Shown: positions 37,326-45,561 of the stretch, piece by piece
Layout of the letters: the number at the start of each line of letters is the position of its first letter
Numbering within the stretch: position 1 is the first letter of the stretch
Origin: Octopus sinensis
Taxonomy: Eukaryota
Assembly (NCBI RefSeq): GCF_006345805.1
Contig: NW_021834802.1
Coordinates: forward strand, 1 to 45,561
Direction: 5' to 3'
Length of the DNA stretch: 45,561 nt
Position numbers and translations under genes: made by a program
The notes under the pieces: generated by a model
Told to the model about the DNA's origin: nothing
Database searches by the model: none
Seen by the model: the letters and a program-made list of their open reading frames with translations, nothing else

Positions 37326-37480
37326 GGGCTTCTTACAGTTTCTATCTGCCAAATTCACTCACAAGGCATTTTTAGGCCGAAGGCTATGATTGAAGACACT
37401 TGTCCAAGATGCAATGCAATAGGATTGAGCCTTGAACTGTGTGGTTGGGAACCAAATTTTTTACCACACAACCACGCTGC
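37080..37480 (-). mobile_element. SINE family B with internal (CA)n
   Basis: GGCCATGCTGGGGCA...GGTTGTCAAGCG...(CA)n...GAAGACACTTG...TTACCACACAACCACG. Confidence 0.85.
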
Positions 37481-37963
37481 ATCTTCACAACTAAAATAAA
37501 TAAATAAATAAATAAATTTTAACCATTCGATAAATTCATTGAGAAATAATTAACTACTTTGTTAATAAAGTGTTAATGAAGTGATTTTGGAGAATGTTTG
37601 CTGGATCCACTTCTTATTGTAATTTGCATTTCTTTACAGTTAATCAGTATATAAAGCGAGAGAGTGCAGAAATTTCCATAGGCGAAGCGCATTCGATGTG
37701 GAGTCATATTCCAGATGGAATACAAACTGCTTCCCTACCAAACATGCCTGGCGTACACTCCTCACAGCCAAATTCCCTCTGGAAGTTTCAAATCAGGATC
37801 ATAAATTTTGTGAAATTTGCCCGCTAGTTAATAACTTCCGGTTCGCTTCGCAATACCCACTCCTCTCTCTCCAGTTTTATGTATGTACGCCAAACATATT
37901 CCTCAACGCTTTCATTAAAGACAGAACAAAAATGTAAATCTTCATTCTGTCCGCGTATCACTC

Positions 37964-39072
37964 CCATTTCTTCTTCTTCTTCTTCTTTCTTCTTCTTCTT
38001 CTTCTTCTTCTCTTCTTCTTCTTCTTTCTTCTTCTTCTTCTTCTTCTTCTTCTTCTCTTCTTCTTCTTCTTCTTCTTCTTCTTCTGTTTCTTCTTCTTCT
38101 CTTCTTCTTCTTCTCTTCTTCTTCTTCTTCTTCTTTCTTCTTTCTTCTTCTTTCCTTCTTCTTCTTCTCTTCTTCTTCTGTCTTTTCCTCTTCTCGGTGT
38201 CTCCTCTTCTTTTCTCTCTTCTTTCTCCTTCTTCTGCTTTCTTCTTCTCTTCTCTTCTTTCTTCTTCTTCTTCTTTCTTCTTCTTCTTCTCTTTCTCTGT
38301 TCTCTTCTTCTTCTTCTTCTTCTTCTTTCTCTTTCTTTCTCTTCTTCTTTTCTTCTTCTTCTTCTCTTCTTCTTTCTTCTCTTCTTCTCTTCTTCTTCTT
38401 CTTCTCTTCTTCTGTGGTCTTCTTCTTCTTCTTCTTTCTTCTCTTCCTTCTTCTGCTTCTTTCTTCTTCTTCTCTCTTCTTCTTCTCTTCTTCTTCTTCT
38501 TTCTTCTTTCTTCTCTCTCTCTTCTCTTCTCTTCTCTTCTGTTCTTCCTTCTCTTCCTTTCTTCTGTCTTCTTCTTTCTTCTCTTCTTTCTTCTTCTTTT
38601 CTTCTCTGCTTTCTTTCTTCTCCGTCTTCTCTTCTCTCTCTTTCTTTCTCTCTTCCTTCTTTCTTCGCTTCTTTCGTCTTCTTCTTTCCTTTCTTTTCTT
38701 CTTTTCTTCTTTTCTTCTTCTTTTCTTTCTTCTTCTTCTTCTTCTCTTCTTCTTCTTCTCTTCTCTTTCTTTCTTCTCTTCTTTCTTTTTCTTTCTTTCT
38801 CTTCTTCTCGTTTCTTCTTCTTCCTTCTTTCTTCTCTCTTTCTTCTTCTTCTTCTTCTTTTCTCTTCTTCTTCTTCTTTCTTCTTCTTCTTCTTCTCTTC
38901 TTTCTCTTCTTTTCTTTCTTTTCTTCTCTCTTCTTCTTCTCTCTTCTTCTTTTCTTTCTCTTCTTCTTCTTCTCTCTTTTCTTCTTTCTTCTTCTCTTCT
39001 TTCTTCTTTCTTTTCTCTTCTTCTTCTTCTTCTTCTTCTTCTTTCTTCTTCTTCTTCTTCTCTCTGTCTTTC
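37964..39072. repeat. ~1.1-kb degenerate (CTT)n polypyrimidine/polypurine tract
   Basis: Almost purely C/T on the plus strand. Confidence 0.97.
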
Positions 39073-39449
39073 TAGCCCCACTCAGAATTTCACTTCACTT
39101 TCTCTAGATTTTACGTGTTTTGTTGTCGCACACATACACACGCAAATACCGCCCCCCCCACATTATAGTGGAGTAGGCCGGTTTATGGGGTTACCCTGGG
39201 TTTCTCGCTCACAAGGGGTTTAGCCTTACAGATTATCTTCAGACCCCAAACACTGCTGGCCTGAGACTTCTTTGAAATATGGAGGGGAAACAGCCTCGTT
39301 TTAAAGGTAAAACCTGAGGTGATTAGCTTCCTTTGTCATCGATCTTCGGCCGCATCACCATCTTGCGAAGGTAAACAATTGTTTCCCTTTGGCATTGGTT
39401 ATTGGTTTCCGGCAATAGTGCCACCCTGCGGATTCCAAAAAGCCTGCAG

Positions 39450-39730
39450 GTATTTCCTAAAATGCAAGCCCGAAAATCTCTGTCCTGGAGTTCAGGATGC
39501 CCCCTGGCACGAGCGAATCTTTAAGGATCCTCGTGCGTTCGGCAATGCATAACTTCCACTGTTTCGTCCCGTTGATGTAGGAGCCTGGGTTCTCGAGTAT
39601 TCTCCATGCGATTGAGTATGGAATTTCTTCCTCTCTTAGTTGCCAGATATGGCCGGCTAGCAACGTCATGTATCTCCTTTGCGGGAAGGACTGTTTTAAT
39701 GGAGTCGCGTCTTGTCCCTACCTTCGAACT
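39450..39730 (-). mobile_element. Penelope-like element, C-terminal part of the GIY-YIG endonuclease region
   Basis: TLLAGHIWQLREEEIPYSIAWRILE...YINGTKQWKLCIAERTRIL...LNSRTEIF matches the PLE pattern TxLSxHIWxLK...YxIxWxI...CxLCxxEK..I...LNxRxE. Confidence 0.8.
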
Positions 39731-40010
39731 TGGAGTAGATGAAACAGTGGACAACTGATGAAGGGAATGTTCTTTATGTTGCCTGTCTCGTTTATCTGTT
39801 TGTTTCTTTCGTTGTTCGAACAAAAGTTCGTTTTCTATGTTTTTATTTTTTATGTTCTTGCCTCTCATTTTGTCTACGTTTCTTTTACGCCCTGTACCCA
39901 TATATGCATGTATTTATACATATATATGTAGGTATGTAATACATGTATGTATACATGCATATATTTATAATATATATATATATGTATATATATATGTATT
40001 TATGTATAAA

Positions 40011-40072
40011 TGTAACGGTTAGCATAGTTGCCTTCTAAGCAGTCGATCCGGGTTCGACTTCCGGCCAACGCA
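40011..40072 (+). tRNA. tRNA-Gly(TCC) pseudogene, 5' ~10 nt missing, anticodon now TCT
   Basis: TGTAACGGTTAGCATAGTTGCCTTCTAAGCAGTCGATCCGGGTTCGACTTCCGGCCAACGCA follows the metazoan Gly-TCC sequence (...GGTTAGCATAGTTGCCTTCCAAGCAGTTGACCCGGGTTCGATTCCCGGCC.ACGCA). T-rich tract downstream. Confidence 0.88.
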
Positions 40073-40090
40073 TCCCTTTATTTTATTTAT

Positions 40091-40128
40091 AGGCGCAGGA
40101 GTGGCTGTGTGGCAAGTAGCTTGCTTAC
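40091..40128 (+). mobile_element. SINE family B head, left piece of a split element
   Basis: AGGCGCAGGAGTGGCTGTGTGGCAAGTAGCTTGCTTAC. The SINE sequence resumes at 42113. Confidence 0.85.
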
Positions 40129-42112
40129 TTTTACTACAGGAGAGTTCTTGCTGCTTGAAGTCACGTCTTTCGTCGTGAAATATTGAACTTTGAGGCTCGA
40201 CTACAGGTAGGCGTTTGTTGTATTTTCTTGGGGGCTTATTGGAGTTTGTTGCCCTGTATTTAATATTTTTTGGTGAGCAACAGTCTCCACTCTGCTCCAG
40301 ACATTTGCCTGTCTGTGGTCGTGCGTAAAGACTCACTTTGCAGTGAGAATTGTGTTTTGAGGAGGCGCAAAAATTAATTTGTTTGCGAAAAGTGTCTTCG
40401 TGTTTGTGAATTTCCACTGGATTACCAAGGAATACCAAGGCAGGAAGGACTATTTTTGCGACTGGAGTACCTGTATTATTACGGAGTTGCGGAATTGTGT
40501 TGCGTGGATTGAACTGTCTTCCTTCGTTCTTTTTTTCTGCTCTGTCTTTCCGTTCTTTTTTTGTGTTTATTACTGAACTTTTATTTAGAATTTTGAACTT
40601 TTTGGTTAAACTCTTTCCCTTCTTTTTGTGTTTTAAAATCATGGCAACAAAGAAAACCACTGTGCTGGAGTGGGAAATTGTGCCCCCCCCCAAGCAGTGG
40701 ATAGAGGACCGAAATGAGAGAATGGTGGCGTTAAGGATGTACTCCAAGTCCCTTGACACCATCCCTGTATTCTCTCAGGTCGAAATTGAAAAAAGAATTG
40801 GCAGAATACCTGCCAACTGTCAAGTATATTGCAAGGGGTGTCAAATTTGCAACAGTGTGGTTGCTGTTTGACACCCCTAAAGAGGCTAGCATGTTTGCTA
40901 GTCAGCCCCTGGAAGGGAAACAAATTTTGTTTCTCCCTACATATCGGGGGTGGAAATTGATAAGAGCCTGGGTGAGTGGGCTGCCACCCGGAATAGAGCC
41001 TGAATGGATAGAGGATACTATCCGCCGGGGTCTGGGTGGCAGCGGAGCCAGGCTCTTGAATGTTAGAATGCTTCCTGTGGCTGATTGGGTGGGGTCGAAA
41101 GCAATTTTGACTCTACGGACCCAATCAGCCAAAGATCTGGTTTCCCTAGATTTTCTAAAGATGGCCGGTTCTAGGCATACGGTAATCTTAAGGGACGCCC
41201 CCCCCCACCAAGTGTCACCTGTTCCTGGAATCGGACCACATCAAGAAGAATTGCCCCAACAACCATGCAAGGGCACTGGAAAAATTAACAGAGGAGGATG
41301 TTTTCCTCCAACGGAGACTCTTGATTATATAACGGAGGGAGAGGTAGAGGAGGAGGTAACCCCCTCGAAAGGAAGAAAGAAAGAAGGTGGGCAACAATGG
41401 TTGCCCACCAATGGATTCTGAGCCGGCGGGAGGGAAAGAGGGACTCCCAGACAAGTTGGAGGAATTCCACTCTCCCGTCGAGAAGAGAAAAAAAAAAAGA
41501 AAAAGAAAAAAAAAAAGAATGGGACATCAACTGCCAGCATGCCCCGAAACCTGCTGGTGGGAAGTGTGCCACCGACAGAGGGAGCAGTGGCCCATCCCAG
41601 AAGAATGGAAGACGAGTTCGTCGTATTATTTCTGAAGGGAGGGGCAATAGATAGCTCCGTAAGGAAGCGAGTTTTGAGAGAGGAGCCCTTAGCCTTGACT
41701 GGAGGGAGGAGTTGGCCTTCGCAGGTGACTGCGAAGGTCATGTCGGAGGCCAACATGTGACAGGCTCCTTCAAGAAGGACTCGTACAGAATTGTAATTTG
41801 GGAACCCGACCGGGATCCGGGGCAGTACCTATGGGCAGCCCACAGCCTGGTCGGGGGCGAAAAAGAATAGGCTTAGCGCCGAAATATATAAATGTGCATT
41901 AATATTGTTGTTACTTCTGTAAGAGGGTTATTACCTCAAGATGTGTCTTTTTAAAAGAACAATGTTGTAGAGAAGCAGAGGGTCGGCGGACGCTTTCTGT
42001 ATTCTCCCATTTTTAACATACTTGTACTATTATCATTCGCCTCATCAATGTCTTGTCCAGCCTGCAAAGCTACCCATCTTTGTACTGTCTCTATGGCAAA
42101 TTTGATAAAATA
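40129..42112 (+). mobile_element. ORF1-only Tx1/L1-type retroelement insertion (HAL1-like layout) with 15-bp TSD
   Basis: AAGTAGCTTGCTTAC at 40114-40128 and 42113-42127. About 510-nt leader, ORF1 relic, ~240-nt trailer ending GATAAAATA. No EN or RT. Confidence 0.8.
40641..41870 (+). pseudogene. Frameshifted LINE ORF1 (gag-like, zinc knuckle)
   Basis: MATKK...VALRMYSKSL, then YIARGVKFATVWLLFDT...LFLPTYRG...VSGLPPGIEPEW, then C-x2-(F)-x4-H-x4-C (CHLFLESDHIKKNC, 41213-41254), then ...HSLVGGEKE* at 41870. At least five frameshifts. Confidence 0.75.
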
Positions 42113-42590
42113 AAGTAGCTTGCTTACCAACCACATGGTTCCGGGTTCATTCCCACTGCGTGGCACCTTAGCAAGTGTCTTCTACTATAGCCTCGGACTG
42201 ACCAAAGCCTTGTGAGTGGATTTGGTAGACTGAAAGAAGCCCGTCGTATATGTGTATGTATGTATGTATGTATGTATGTATGTATGTATGTATGTATGTA
42301 TGTATGTATGTATGTATGTGTGTGTGTGTATGCATGTATGTATGTATGTATGTATGCATGTATGTATGTATGTATGTGTGTGTATGTTTGTATGTCTGTG
42401 CTTGTCCCCCCAACATCGCTTGACAACCGATGCTGTTGTGTTTACGTTCCCGTGACTTAGCGGTTCGGCAAAAGAGACCGATAGAATAAGTACTAGGCTT
42501 CCAAAGAATAAGTCCTGTGGTCGATTTGCTCGACTAAAAGCGGTGCTCCAGCATGGCCGCAGTCAAATGACTGAAACAAGTATAAGAGTA
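42113..42590 (+). mobile_element. SINE family B, right piece of the split element (internal (TATG)n)
   Basis: CCAACCACATGGTTCCGGGTTCATTCCCACTGCGTGGCACCTT...GCGGTGCTCCAGCATGGCCGCAGTCAAATGACTGAAACAAG. Confidence 0.9.
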
Positions 42591-42673
<83 letters not shown>

Positions 42674-43064
42674 ATATATATATATATATTAGAAGGTTTG
42701 GAGATGATGTATGGATATTTTATATTAGAAGAAATGAGGTACTCAGAAATTCGAATGGTTTTATATTTACAGATATTTATTTGTATATTACATGTTTTTA
42801 TACATCATATAACTTATATCATATATCATATATTAGCGCTTTCTCCCATTCTAGGGGGGTATATATATATATTATATATATATTTTTTTTTCTTTTTTTC
42901 TTCTCTAGTTTCAGCTCAGAGCTGCGGCATGCTGATGCACCGCCGTTTTGTGCTACACTGTTATTACGAACACATATATATACATACATACATACATACG
43001 TACATACATTACATACATACATACATATATATATTATATATATATATTATATATATATCTATAT

Positions 43065-43095
<31 letters not shown>

Positions 43096-43318
43096 TAATA
43101 TATATAATTTCTAACGAAAGTAACGGGATATATACACCGACTGCGTATGACACTAGGTAGCCCAAACTGTGCTCAACATTCAGTACACTAATCGATATAT
43201 ACTCATTACTCCAGAATATTAAATATATATTTCATTCTTTTATTCTTATTCTTATTGCGTGAGTGTGTGTATGTGTGTGTGCGATCGCGTATATATACAT
43301 ATCTATATATATATTTAT

Positions 43319-43349
<31 letters not shown>

Positions 43350-43964
43350 TACACACACACTCTCACATACACACACACTCACACACACACACACACATTC
43401 TCATACACACACACGAACACACACAAAGTTTAAAGGGCGGATAATGGCAGTTCATTCCGTGTCACACGTGTTTCCATAACAATGTATTTATTGATTACGT
43501 GTGCAATCATGTGTATTACGTTTTTAACAAAATGCAGGCCACATCATCAGAACTGAAAACTGCACAGGTAACAAAATCGGTTAGACCCAACGTTCGATCC
43601 GGGTAAAAAGAAAAAAAAAAGCAGACACACCATAAAAAATACAAAAAAAATACAAAAAAAAAAGAAAGAAAGAAGCATTGCCCCCAATGAAAAAAAAAAA
43701 TGATAAAATCAGCCATTAATAGGAGTGCTAAGAAAAACAGAAACAGCCAATAAGGCGGTTTAGTTATCGTCCCAAAGACCGAACAAGAAAAAAAAAAAAG
43801 GTGTGGTTATATTCATAAACATCTTGACAAAGATTTATAGCTGCGATAATGATATTCGACCTGTGTCTGGCATCAAGATAATCAAGCCGGCGCCCAAGTT
43901 GTAATTTTATTTTATTTCGTTCATAATCTTTTAATGATTTCTGTAAATATTTTTTTTCACATAC

Positions 43965-44360
43965 AGCTTCAGGCATGGGTGTGTGGCAAGAAGCCTGTTT
44001 CCCAACCATATGGTTCCGGGTTCAGTCTCAATACCTGACACCTTGGGCAAGTGTCAGTAGATTTGGTAGACGGAAAGTGAAAGAAGTATGTCGTATATAT
44101 ATATGCGTGCGCGCATGTATATATATGTGTGTATGTGTGTGTGTGTGTGTCTGAATTTGTTCCCCCGTCCGTCACCGGTTGACAACCGGTGTTGGTGCAT
44201 TTACGCCCCAGTGCCCTAGCAGTTTGGCAAAAGAGACCGATAGAATAAATACTAGGCTTAAAAGATAAAAATCTTGCGTTCGATTTGTTCGACTAAAATT
44301 GCTCGGGGCGGTGCCCCAGCATGGCCGCAATCAAATGACTGAAACTAATAAAAGAATAAA
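43965..44360 (+). mobile_element. SINE family B
   Basis: GGCATGGGTGTGTGGCAAG...GGTTCCGGGTTCAGTC...GGTGCCCCAGCATGGCCGCAATCAAATGACTGAAAC. Confidence 0.88.
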
Positions 44361-44484
44361 GGAACACACACACATACACATACACGCGCACACACACACA
44401 CATACAAACATTTTGTTGTGTCTGGGAACACGAGCATAGCTGCGGGTGGGGTCACCGGTTCAATTCCCATTCATTTATTATTTA

Positions 44485-44890
44485 CTAGCAGTATCGCCCG
44501 GCGTTGCTCGGGCTCGGGTTTGTAAGGGAAATAACTATATAAGCATTTTTAGAGAGTTATAGCCAAAATAGCAAAAAAAAAATGCATAAAAATGGAAAAA
44601 AATGATGGTAAATTTTTTTAAAAAATCGTTGACACATCGTAGACATTTTTAGAGAGTTACTTCCCTTATATAATAGCGAAAAAATGCATTAAAATGGAAA
44701 AAAATGATGATAAATTTTTTTAAAATCGTAGACTCATCGTAGACGCGCGCTAATACCCAGAAAGGCTCGATATGAATCACGACTATAAGATACCCGCTTT
44801 TGGCTAAACTGTACAGCAAAATGTGGGAGTAGTTAGGAATCTAAATCGTAGGAGACAGACAGCACACAACCTTACTTTTATATATAAAGA
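44485..44890 (-). mobile_element. Non-autonomous Helitron with canonical ends and an internal ~100-bp tandem duplication
   Basis: Minus strand reads A|TCTTTATATATAAAAG...CCCGAGCAACGCCGGG (hairpin 44497-44512)...CTAG|T. Duplicated block at ~44544-44643 and ~44645-44743. Confidence 0.85.
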
Positions 44891-45182
44891 TATATATTTT
44901 TTCCTTTTCCCAAATTTCCCTCGCTTTTGCAACCTTGTCAGTAGATGTTCACTCTGTCTATTATCGGGGCTGCGTATATTTGTGTATGTATAGCACATAC
45001 ATACGCAATTATTCATACATGCACGTAATCACACGCTTGCATACGTACTAAACATACTTAATTAAACATAAGCGCTTCAGCTGAAAAACCAAAAAAAATA
45101 TTAAAGAAATAAAAAAGATTTTACGGAAATTGACGAACAAATACTTCCAGTTTGGACATAATTTCTCCGAAACATCGCTACA

Positions 45183-45197
45183 CGTGTGTGTGTGTGT

Positions 45198-45242
<45 letters not shown>

Positions 45243-45358
45243 CGTTCGTGTGTTTGTGTGTGTATGTGTGTGTGTGTGCGTGTGTTTGTGTGTGTATGTG
45301 TGTGTGTGTGTGTGTGTGCGTGTGTTTGTGTGTGTATGTGTGTGTGTGTGTGTGTGCA
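45183..45358. repeat. (GT)n microsatellite
   Basis: Visible tandem units. Confidence 0.97.
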
Positions 45359-45561
45359 GGGTTTTTTGTATGTTTATGTATGTGAGCGTGTGTATGTGCA
45401 TGTGTACATAAGTCATATTATATACGCGCGTGAGTGTGGGTAATAAATACACGGAGATATGCATGCTTGAAATGAGGCGTGTGCGCGAATATACGCATGT
45501 GTGTGCGTGTGTGTGGTATATTTATAAGCACATATATATAAATATGCATATACATTATTCC

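Noticed and set aside
37594-37937. Acceptor-like TTTCTTTACAG followed by short ORFs
   Set aside because: The open frame stops at 37827 without a matching donor, and no homology was recognised.
37879-39223. Long ORFs of 398, 379 and 269 aa (F/S/L-rich or E/R/K-rich)
   Set aside because: They are translations of the (CTT)n tract, which lacks stop codons by composition.
40019-40762. 247-aa minus-strand ORF
   Set aside because: It is antisense to the retroelement leader and ORF1, the SINE head and the tRNA relic, and has no protein-family features.

Overview
AT-rich, microsatellite-dense eukaryotic DNA. The SINE and transposon families look like those of an octopus or other coleoid cephalopod (recognised by eye, not searched). 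No known host protein-coding gene can be firmly identified, and most listed ORFs are microsatellite artefacts. The window is mainly decayed mobile elements: at least three tRNA-headed SINE families, Tc1/mariner (rosa-like and maT-like), a Charlie/Buster hAT, Helitrons, a Gypsy integrase relic, an RTE LINE 3' half, Penelope relics and three Tx1/L1-like pieces. Best observations: (1) a 1,984-bp insertion carrying only a Tx1/L1-type ORF1 (HAL1-like layout), bounded by a perfect 15-bp TSD, that splits a SINE head just downstream of a tRNA-Gly relic; (2) a ~330-bp near-perfect palindrome with a minimal type I hammerhead ribozyme on each strand, plus a second fold-back cut through a hammerhead core; (3) a head-to-tail Helitron array with apparent terminator read-through. 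A few weak candidate host exons are flagged.
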